This document shows positions 14,037-24,651 of a stretch of DNA of 64,000 nt, piece by piece. How positions within the stretch are numbered: the stretch's first letter is position 1; each line of letters opens with the position of its first letter. The position numbers were made by a program, and so were the translations under genes. The DNA is from Macrostomum hystrix (taxonomy: Eukaryota > Animalia > Platyhelminthes). The notes under the pieces were generated by a model. The model had not been told where the DNA came from and searched no databases. It saw only the letters and a program-made list of their open reading frames with translations. Location: the NCBI GenBank assembly GCA_950097015.1, contig CATNEN010000007.1, forward strand, positions 6,014,001 through 6,078,000, in the 5' to 3' direction.

Positions 14037-14224
14037 GGGTAAGTCAGAGTGTCTTTTGTGTGTGTCTCTCCCACAAAGGTCTTTGAGCAGAGTTCTGTAG
14101 CAATATAGGACACAGTCACTGAGAGAAGGTGGGGTTGTTATTTTATAGAAGGGGGCTTGTTCTGATATTTATGCCTTTAAGGGCCAACCTCCAAGGCATA
14201 GTATTAAAGTGCACTTCCTGACAA
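14037..14224 (+). mobile_element. Heavily deaminated SINE A remnant
   Basis: atgcctttaagggccaacctccaaggcatagt aligns to SINE A acgcccttgagggccaacctccaaggcacagt; head gtctctcccacaaaggtctttgagc aligns to gcctctcgcaccaaggtccctgagc. Confidence 0.75.
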
Positions 14225-14969
14225 AAATTAACTTAAGCAATTGTCTCCGTAAAAAATATATCTGCTATCCTATCTTCTGATTGATAGCCATAAAGCAAAA
14301 CTTGCCTATGCTCTATTATTGTCTGACTATAACCTTCAAAATCCAAAAAGTTAATGCAGAATTCCAATAGTGTGAGAAAAATTACATTTTTTGGCTATGA
14401 TAACCATAGGTACGAGGTCTGACTAATTACTTTAGGGACAGTCAATATTTTAATATTTTAATAGTTTTTTTTTAAATAATCACTAATTTAGGGGTCATGG
14501 TAACTAAGTTAACAATATGATTATAATATATTGAAAATTTATTACTGCCTTACCTATTTACCTTACATTACAATTATAGTGTTATGTATTTTATTGACTT
14601 GATTAGTTACTTTTAACAACAAAGCCATTTTTCCTAGAAAAGCTATTTAGAAGTTTCTAGCATTTTTCTTTGTAAGTAAGCTTGTAAATTCTGGGTACTT
14701 CTAGGTCAAAATTAGGTACTTTGATCTGAAGAGTAAGGTGACTGCCTTTTTATTTTTTGTTCTGCATGGACATATAGCCAAAGTTGCTTATAACAACATA
14801 GTATCTCTAGCCTATTCTAAATCATTCTTTATATAACAATGATTATATTATATATTATATATGATAATGTAGTTTTACAGTAGGCTGCGAGAAGTTTTAC
14901 AATTTTTTATAGAATAGATACAAAACATATTTGCTTCCAGTTATTTGTCCGACACCACTGAACTCAGCC

Positions 14970-16681
14970 ATGTCAAAGCGAAATCCGACATCTGATTTGA
15001 ATCACGAGAACTGGGATCAGGAGGACGAGAAGGAAGATGTATGACAGTCATGAAATATTTTATTACTTTCGAATTTTTATATTTCATATTTTTCTCTACT
15101 ATTTTACAAAGGCCGGCCACTTCAAGACGGCATCGCAGGAGGTGCTGAAGAGTCGCGAAATTCGTGTTGCTAAACGGCGCGCACTAGCCTCTGAGGTGAG
15201 TGAGACATTGCTACCGAGAGACCTCAGGGGAGAGACTCTCCACTTGCAATTATTTTTGTTCTCTTTCTGCCCGTGACATTCAGTGGTTCAATGGTAATTT
15301 CTTAAAATTGCAGGACAAAGGGACTGGCGGCCTCTTTAAGTCTTTTACTGGCTTCACGGGATTCGGCGCGGGCGTTGCAGTGACGTCTGCTACGTCAAAC
15401 TCGATGGCGTTTAACTTCTCGACCACTGCCGCTACGATGGCGCCGACATCGGCAACGACCACCGAATCGACATCATCGTCAAGCGACGGAAAAACTGCCG
15501 CCGCTGACCCGAACGCGACCCATCTGGCCAAGCTGAAGTCATTGAACCAGTCCGTGCTGCGCTGGATCCAGAGCCACGTGACCACCAGCCCCTACTGCGT
15601 GCTGACGCCCGTGTTTCGCGACTACGAGCGCCACCTGGCCGACATCGAGCGCCAGCATCCTTATGTCGAGTCGGCGACGGCATCGGCTACGACGCCTGCT
15701 GTGGGGACAATAAAGACGACCACAACGACGACGATAGCTACGGATAATTCGGCGACTCCGTCGATGGCTCCAGCAGTGACTTCAGCGACGAGTTCAACGA
15801 TGCCGGCCCAGTTCAGCTTCTCTGCAGCCACTTCGTCGGCGGCGATGGCATCTAAGCCGGTTCCTGAGCCAGCGTCCACATCGTCGTTTTCATCAACGTC
15901 TTCTAGCGTGCCAGCGACAACTTCAGCGCCTTCGATGCCGCCGACATTCAGCTTCAACTTCTCGGCCGGTGCTGCCAAGCCGCCTTCGACAACGCCGAAC
16001 CAGCCGCCTGCGGCAGAGGGAGGCGCAGCCACCACCGCCACCTTCTTCTTTGGCTCGACTTCGAAATCTACGACAGCTTCGTCGACTTCAACGACTACAG
16101 TAACGACGTCCACAACGTCAGGCGCGGCCGCTGCGGCGCCGAGCGCCCTGTCGGGTTTCAAGTTTGGCGCTGCGCCGACTCTGCCGCAGCCAGGCCTCTC
16201 ACTGTTCGGTCCGGGCGGATTCGCCGCCGCCTCTGCCGCTGCATCTTCGGCGTCCCAGGAGGACCACGAGGAGGAGGAGTACGAGCCGCCAAAGCCGGAG
16301 ACGCGGGAAATTCGCGAGGACGGCGCTGTGTTCAGCCAGAAGTGCAAGCTGTTCTACATGGCCGCCGGCGAGGCCAAGCAGTGGCGCGAGAAGGGCATCG
16401 GCTGCGTGCACGTCAAGCCAACGGAGGGCGGGGGCAAGGCCCAGCTGATTGTGCGGGCCGACAACACGCTGGGCACCATCATGCTCAATACCCTGGTTAC
16501 TAAGGACATCACGCTTTCGGTTGCTAAGAACAATCTGAACCTGGCCTGTCCGCCGAATCCGCCGCTGCCAAAGTCGGCCGCCGACGACCGGCGCATTGTG
16601 CCGTTCTTGGTGCGCCTGAAGACGGAGGCGGACGCCAAGGAGCTGCTTGCTAAGATTAACGGGCTGCGAGAGGCGGCCTGA
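14970..16681 (+). CDS. NUP50: Nuclear pore complex protein Nup50
   Basis: Exons 14970-15038, 15112-15195, 15314-16681. N-terminus MSKRNPTSDLNHENWDQED...AGHFKTASQEVLKSREIRVAKRR (Nup50 importin-alpha-binding region), LKSLNQSVLRWI...LTPVFRDYERHL block, FxFG-like S/T-rich spacer and C-terminal RanBP1-like domain (KCKLFY...WREKGIG...QLIVRADNTLGTIMLN). Confidence 0.95.
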
Positions 16682-16904
16682 ACTGCTGTTTTGCATCCTT
16701 GATTTGGTTGATCGTTTAATGAGTTTCTTAGGATTAAATTATGTTAGAAAATTCAATGTTTTTTTCGATTTATACCATTTCGGCATCTGCAAGCGTTAGT
16801 CAATGACCTTTGTTTATTTATGCTCTAGTTTTTTTCAATTTAGGACCGCTATAGTGCATCCGAGTAGAGTTTATTTGTGAAAGTTGTGGAAAATCTCCTG
16901 TCAT

Positions 16905-17155
16905 GTAGAGTATGACTCATTGACAAGTAGTTATGGAGTATGACTCATGGAAAAGTGGTCATGGAGTATGACTCATGGAAAAGTGGTCATGGAGTAAGAC
17001 TCATTGACAAGTGGTCATGAGATATGTCTCACTGACATGTGGTCATGGATTATGACTCACTGGCTTGTGGTCATCGAGTTTGACTCATGGAAAAGTGGTC
17101 ATAGAGTGTGACTCACGGAAAAGTGGTCATGGAGTATGACTCTTGGAAAAGTGTT
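16905..17155. repeat. ~28-bp minisatellite (catggagtatgactcatggaaaagtggt), ~9 degenerate copies
   Basis: Direct tandem repeats downstream of Nup50. Confidence 0.85.
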
Positions 17156-17793
17156 TATATTGCCAGCAGTTGATGCAGCCTCAGTCAGTTTTCAGCCTCC
17201 GTCTCGAAATGCCATCCGGTTCGTAGTTTATTTTTTTCCAATCATAAATTATTTGATTATGAAATAATGAAAAATATGAAAATTATATGAAATATTATTA
17301 TTTTAAAAGTAATAACAACCACTATCTATTCTACTAAAAGTTTTAAGTCGCGCATTTCTTCTCCTAGTTCATTCATCCAAATAATATAAAATAAATTGTT
17401 CATCGTTTTGCATTATCTATATCTCGATTTTCTCGTCGCAAAAGTATACAGGCTCATGTTTTCAATGAGTTGGTGAAAATTTATTCAAAGTGCGCCGTTA
17501 TGTGACAGCGACCTGTTTTCTATCTTGCCTTCTTTTTTGCTTTGGCTTATCTCGTTTAGCTGCTTACCGATCCATCCTGACAGTGTCCCGTGTTCCTAGA
17601 CCAGGAGTTCGAACCAGGACCTGGACTAGACCAGGGTCAGGAGTTCGAATCCCAAAAGAAAAAGTTGGTGTCCTTCAGCAGGACACTATATTCCCATTAC
17701 AATCTAGTGGAACATTAACTGTAAAATCGGGCCAGAACTGGCAACTGCTCATCGTGAGTAGATTTTTACTAGTCAATTTTAATCATCCACCAG

Positions 17794-20700
17794 ACTGCGG
17801 CCACATTCGCTGATCTTCTCTCATCGGTGTCGCTGCTGCGTGCCGTCGAGAACGACTTCGGCTACTGGCGACCCGGCGCCGAGCAGGCGCGCTGCATTGG
17901 CGCTGCGCTATCTGGCGCCGATCTGCTCTGCCAGGCGCCATCTGGCAGCGGCAAGAGCGCCGCCCTTGCCCTGTCTGTTGTCCAGCGGCTGCTGAACCTG
18001 ATGGATGAAGCCAAGCTAAGCGTCGTTGATTCAGGGGCCACGCGCGCCTTGGCTGTGTGCCACAGTCGGGAGCTGGCCGCTCAGCTAGCCCGGCTGCTGC
18101 GCCGACTGGCTCGAAGCTGTCCGTTTCACCGGCCGCGAGTTGTCGAGTTTCTCGGTGGCTCACCGGCCAGGTGAGTGATTTCTACCTGACTCTGGGATGT
18201 TAAGCTAGCACTCCTGTATCTAATAACAACATTTTTTTGTCTTTGATATCCCACAGATGGATATCCTATAATCTTCATTGGAGTCCAAAAATCTAACTTA
18301 GATCCCTAGATTTTCGATAAATCCTTAGTTCTTCTGTAGATCCCTACGTCTTACATAGATCCCTTCATCTTACACAGATCCCTACATCTTACACAGATTT
18401 CTACATCTTACACAGATCCCTACATCTTACACAGATTCCTACATCTTACACAGATTCCTACATCTTACACAGATTCCTGCATCTTACACAGATCCCTACA
18501 TCTTACACAGATCCCTACATCTTACACAGATTTCTACATCTTACACAGATTTCTACATCTTACACAGATCCCTACATCTTACACAGATTCCTACATCTTA
18601 CACAGATTTCTACATCTTACACAGATCCCTACATCTTACACAGATTCCTACATCTTACACAGATTTCTACATCTTACAGATTCCTACATCTTACACAAAT
18701 TCCTACATCTTACACAAATTCCTACATCTTACACAAATTCCTACATCTTACACAGATCCCTACATTTTACACAGATCCCTACATTTTACACAGATCCCTG
18801 CATCTTACACAGATCCCTGAATCTTACATAGACGGATAGATGTGAGACGGAGCAGCGGCTAGATAAATCCCTAGATTTTCGACACAAATCCCATCCTTGC
18901 ATTATCAATTGAGTCCATCCTCAAATGTTCCATAGATAGCATTTAATTTAGGCATCACTTATTTAATAATTTATCGTGTCACTCGCGCCGATCCCAGACG
19001 TGACGCGGCGATGGCGGCCTCTATGCCGGACATTGCGGTGGGCACGCCCGGCCGCCTGCTGGACATGATCCGCCGGGGACATCTGCGGGCTGGCCAGGTG
19101 CGCCTGATTGCTCTGGACGAGTGCGACCAGCTGATGCTCTGCGGAGACGATGTGGCGAAGATGCTGGCGCTGACTTCGCCTGATAGACAGGTTCTCATGT
19201 GCTGCACCACCATCGATGACCAGGTAGCTCTCGGATTCAAATCTTCCACTTGCGAATCGCATCGATTATTAACAGTAGAGAGACCACGCTATTTCAAGTA
19301 TATCATCTTTGTACCCACTGCCACTACTTCACGATAGATTCCAAACAAATGACCGATTTTTCGTAAAAGTCCACTATATATTTCAACTTCTGCGCCCTTT
19401 GTCACCAGACAACCCGACAAGAATTGTTAAATATCTTGACTACGCCGATGTTTTGTGATACATGGAGTTTTTTATTAGAGTAGAGCAGAAAATTTTAACC
19501 CGTGTTCTGGATTTTCATGGCGATCGGTTAAATATTTTAGGAGATTAAAAAACGGCTAATCTGGGCATTTGAAATACCCCCGTTGTCTATCTACTGTTAA
19601 TGATCGGTTAAAAACTGACCTCGTCAGGTTAGTCAGCAATGCCTGCGGCTGATGAAGAATCCGCAGCATTTGCGCTTCTGCGACGAGGCTGGCCAGGCGC
19701 CGACCGGCCTGCTGCAGTATCGGGTGCCACTGCTAGACGGCTGCAGTTCCAAGAGTGCAAAGCTGCTAAGGCTGCTGCGGCTGCTGGTGTTTGACCAGGT
19801 GATTATAGATTAGCTGGTCTTGCTATTTACAGTGCATTGTTTCTGCTTGGGTATCAGCTAGATGATGGAGGGTGAGTGGCAGAGCGGTTAACGCGTTTTC
19901 CTCTCGCGCCAAGGTCCCTAAGCTCGATTCCGCGGCGAGGCCGCATTGATTTGGGGCGCAGCCGCGTAGAGAAGGCTTGGGGGCTTGTCGTGCAATTTAC
20001 GCCCTTGAGGGCCAACCTCCAAATCACCGTGAGAGTGTACACTGCCTGACGATGAGAAAGTCAGTGCAGATGTACACACCTGTATGAATGTGTGCCTGCG
20101 TACGGTATCTGTGTGCGTGTGTGCTCAGGAGTCAGCAAAATGGGCAGAATCACCTCCTCGCTGGATTGTTGCAGGAATTGTAAATTGTAGGAATCGCAGC
20201 AACTAGATGAAGGAAACTCCACGTGCCTAATTGAATATAAAAAATTTACCTGACAGGCTATTGTATTCGTGAATTCTTCTCGCCAGTGCGAAAGTCTCGG
20301 GCAGTACCTGAAGCTCCGCGGCTGCCCAGCGCTGGCTGTTCACGGTGACCTGCCCCAGAGCAGTCGCTCGGATATCTATGATAGGTTTAGAAAGCGGCGC
20401 GAAGCAGTTCTGCTGGCCACCGACCTGTACGCGCGCGGACTGCAGTTCAATGGGGTCAGTGTAGTCATTAACTATAGCCTGGCCAAGGACTTCGGTGTCT
20501 ACCTGCACAGGGTGAGTGAGTCTTGGAATCTTTTTTTATGCAGAATCAATCAAAGAGAAAACAATACAGGAGACGACATCTGACCTGACCAGTTTGACAG
20601 CGTAGGGATCAGACAGTGGAGATGGAGATGGAGCTGGAGGTGGAGATGGAGGTGGAGATGGATAGATTGGAGAGATGACAGAGAGGATAGATTGGAGAGA

Positions 20701-23700
20701 TGACAGAGAGGATAGATTGGAGAGATGACAGAGAGGATAGATTGGAGAGATGACAGAGAGGATAGATTGGAGAGATGACAGAGAGGATAGATTGGAGAGA
20801 TGACAGAGAGGATAGATTGGAGAGATGACAGAGAGGATAGATTGGAGAGATGACAGAGAGGATAGATTGGAGAGATGACAGAGAGGATAGATTGGAGAGA
20901 TGACAGAGAGGATAGATTGGAGAGATGACAGAGAGGATAGATTGGAGAGATGACAGAGAGGATAGATTGGAGAGATGACAGAGAGGATAGATTGGAGAGA
21001 TGACAGAGAGGATAGATTGGAGAGATGACAGAGAGGATAGATTGGAGAGATGACAGAGAGGATAGATTGGAGAGATGACAGAGAGGATAGATTGGAGAGA
21101 TGACAGAGAGGATAGATTGGAGAGATGACAGAGAGGATAGATTGGAGAGATGACAGAGAGGATAGATTGGAGAGATGACAGAGAGGATAGATTGGAGAGA
21201 TGACAGAGAGGATAGATTGGAGAGATGACAGAGAGGATAGATTGGAGAGATGACAGAGAGGATAGATTGGAGAGATGACAGAGAGGATAGATTGGAGAGA
21301 TGACAGAGAGGATAGATTGGAGAGATGACAGAGAGAATAGATTGGAGAGATGACAGAGAGGATAGATTGGAGAGATTACAGAGAGGATAGATTGGAGAGA
21401 TTACAGAGAGGATAGATTGGAGAGATGACAGAGAGGATAGATTGGAGAGATGACAGAGAGGATAGATTGGAGAGATGACAGAGAGGATAGATTGGAGAGA
21501 TGACAGAGAGGATAGATCGGAGAGATGACAGGATAGATTGGAGAGATGACAGAGAGGATAGATTGGAGAGATGACAGAGAGGATAGATTGGAGAGATGAC
21601 AGAGAGGATAGATTGGAGAGATGACAGAGAGGATAGATTGGAGAGATGACAGAGAGGATAGATCGGAGAGATGACAGGATAGATTGGAGAGATGACAGAG
21701 AGGATAGATTGGAGAGATGACAGAGAGGATAGATTGGAGAGATGACAGAGAGGATAGATTGGAGAGATGACAGAGAGGATAGATTGGAGAGATGACAGAG
21801 AGGATAGATTGGAGAGATGACAGAGAGGATAGATTGGAGAGATGACAGAGAGGATAGATCGGAGAGATGACAGAGAGGATAGATTGGAGAGATGACAGAG
21901 AGGATAGATTGGAGAGATGACAGAGAGGATAGATTGGAGAGATGACAGAGAGGATAGATTGGAGAGATGACAGAGAGGATAGATTGGAGAGATGACAGAG
22001 AGGATAGATTGGAGAGATGACAGAGAGGATAGATTGGAGAGATGACAGAGAGGATAGATTGGAGAGATGACAGAGAGAATAGATTGGAGAGATGACAGAG
22101 AGGATAGATTGGAGAGATTACAGAGAGGATAGATTGGAGAGATTACAGAGAGGATAGATTGGAGAGATGACAGAGAGGATAGATTGGAGAGATGACAGAG
22201 AGGATAGATTGGAGAGATGACAGAGAGGATAGATTGGAGAGATGACAGAGAGGATAGATCGGAGAGATGACAGGATAGATTGGAGAGATGACAGAGAGGA
22301 TAGATTGGAGAGATGACAGAGAGGATAGATTGGAGAGATGACAGAGAGGATAGATTGGAGAGATGACAGAGAGGATAGATTGGAGAGATGACAGAGAGGA
22401 TAGATTGGAGAGATGACAGAGAGGATAGATTGGAGAGATGACAGAGAGGATAGATCGGAGAGATGACAGAGAGGATAGATTGGAGAGATTACAGAGAGGA
22501 TAGATTGGAGAGATGACAGAGAGGATAGATTGGAGAGATGACAGAGAGGATAGATTGGAGAGATGACAGAGAGGATAGATTGGAGAGATGACAGAGAGGA
22601 TAGATTGGAGAGATGACAGAGAGGATAGATTGGAGAGATGACAGAGAGGATAGATTGGAGAGATGACAGAGAGGATAGATTGGAGAGATGACAGAGAGGA
22701 TAGATTGGAGAGATGACAGAGATGATAGATTGGAGAGATGACAGAGAGGATAGATTGGAGAGATGACAGAGAGGATAGATTGGAGAGATGACAGAGAGGA
22801 TAGATTGGAGAGATGACAGAGAGGATAGATTGGAGAGATGACAGAGATGATAGATTGGAGAGATGACAGGATAGATTGGAGAGATGACAGAGAGGATAGA
22901 TTGGAGAGATGACAGAGAGGATAGATCGGAGAGATGACAGAGAGGATAGATTGGAGAGATGACAGAGAGGATAGATTGGAGAGATGACAGAGAGGATAGA
23001 TTGGAGAGATGACAGAGAGGATAGATTGGAGAGATGACAGAGAGGATAGATTGGAGAGATGACAGAGAGGATAGATTGGAGAGATGACAGAGATGATAGA
23101 TTGGAGAGATGACAGGATAGATTGGAGAGATGACAGAGAGGATAGATTGGAGAGATGACAGAGAGGATAGATTGGAGAGATGACAGAGAGGATAGATTGG
23201 AGAGATGACAGAGAGGATAGATTGGAGAGATGACAGAGATGATAGATTGGAGAGATGACAGGATAGATTGGAGAGATGACAGAGAGGATAGATTGGAGAG
23301 ATGACAGAGAGGATAGATCGGAGAGATGACAGAGAGGATAGATTGGAGAGATGACAGAGAGGATAGATTGGAGAGATGACAGAGATGATAGATTGGAGAG
23401 ATGACAGGATAGATTGGAGAGATGACAGAGAGGATAGATTGGAGAGATGACAGAGAGGATAGATTGGAGAGATGACAGAGAGGATAGATTGGAGAGATAA
23501 GACGCTTCAGTTTGGTTGAGAAGAGATTGGTTAGATAAAACACGGGAGAGAAAAGATATGTGATGTGAGGCATGGGAGAGATAAAATCACTGAATATGTG
23601 TCGTATTTATGGCCGCATGTCGGAGTCAGCCACCGCAAGAGTGCACTGATTTGTAATAAAAAAACAATTGAAGGCCGGCCGAGCCGCGCATTTCGGCAGT

Positions 23701-23907
23701 CGCGGCCTGGCCCTAACGCTGACGAGATCGCCAGCTGAGGCGCAGACTCTGACCGATTTTGAGGCCAGGCTGGGCCAGGCTATATTGACACTGCCGGATG
23801 CCATCAATACCCGGGACTACCTGCCCCAGTCTGCAGACAGTCTGATCGTGTTCGCTTCGGACCGACGAAATCCGGATCCGGAAGATTTAGAGCTTGAAGA
23901 TTTTTAG
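17794..23907 (+). CDS. Divergent DECD-box RNA helicase, UAP56/DDX39-like; start codon not resolved
   Basis: Exons 17794-18170, 18998-19223, 19628-19798, 20257-20511, 23674-23907. Motifs: Q-motif (FADLL..LLRAV..GY..P..EQ), I APSGSGKS, Ia CHSRELAAQ, Ib VGTPGRLLD, II DECD, IV AIVFVNS, V TDLYARGLQ, VI HRAGRAAHFG. A possible extra upstream exon ends at 17753. Confidence 0.88.
18345..18830. repeat. 19-bp minisatellite (ctacatcttacacagatcc), intronic
   Basis: About 25 tandem copies. Confidence 0.95.
19273..19596. mobile_element. MITE with TTAA flanks, filling a helicase intron
   Basis: TTAA-cagtagagagaccacgctatttcaa ... ttgaaatacccccgttgtctatctactg-TTAA imperfect TIRs; related copy at 40875-41709. 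Confidence 0.75.
19867..20164 (+). mobile_element. tRNA-derived SINE family A copy (3'-truncated)
   Basis: Head ggtgagTGGCAGAGCGGttaacgcg (box A)...aGCTCGATTCC (box B), then the family body. Confidence 0.9.
20655..23500. repeat. 25-bp minisatellite (gatagattggagagatgacagagag), ~2.8 kb, intronic
   Basis: More than 100 near-identical tandem copies in the last helicase intron. Confidence 0.98.
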
Positions 23908-24039
23908 TAGACTCATTTATAGCAATTGTTGCTATAATTGCTGCAAGCTGTTGTGAGATGGAGAGCTAAAATAAATCCTCTGTTCACTTGTAGTCTAGTC
24001 TCGATTGTTTTTTTAACTTTAAAACAGAAAAAATAATTT

Positions 24040-24328
24040 TTATTATGTCTTATTACACCTGCACTGCCCCAATTTGCAGCCGACAGCGCAGCCGCAGCTT
24101 TGCGCGGCGCATCTAAAGGCTGCGTACGGCTGTTCAGTCCATGGACTGGGGGGAGATGCCACACCCACCTCAATTACCCCACCTAATGCCAGTACCCATT
24201 TAGCAACTGGGTGAACTGAAGCAATCCGGATTTAAATTTTTTTTCTAAAGGACAAAGATAAGTTCCAGGAATCGAACCCACGACCTTCAAGTCGTGAGTC
24301 GAGCGCTCTAATTACTAGGCTAAAACCT
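24040..24328 (-). mobile_element. CORE-like SINE family B copy
   Basis: Reverse-complement match to 41161-41467. Confidence 0.88.
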
Positions 24329-24651
24329 ATATTGCTGCTCTCAGCTAATCAGAATCTACCTCTTACTGACTTTCAATTAGCATTTTGCAACACAGATTGT
24401 CTTTGCCATTGTTTTGATTTTTTAGTATAGAGCACGATAATTTATATTAGTTTATGAGCTATATAGAGTCTGCTTTTCACGGTCTCTCTGTGATTTCTAC
24501 TGTTTGTTCATACCCAAATTGCTCATTTCTTTTAATTATCTAAAGTTTCTTTGCTGCCGTCCATTTACTCAAATAACTGAACAAAAATGTAAGCATTTTT
24601 TGCTTTTGCTTTCCATTTATTCATCGCAAGCTTGTTATCTTCTGAATATGG

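Noticed and set aside
20045-20063. Canonical hammerhead ribozyme
   Set aside because: Core strings are present but stems II and III cannot form, and the alternative simple hairpin is more stable. Kept only as a speculative finding.
22143-23573. 476-aa minus-strand ORF
   Set aside because: Reads through the 25-bp intronic minisatellite; no coding features.
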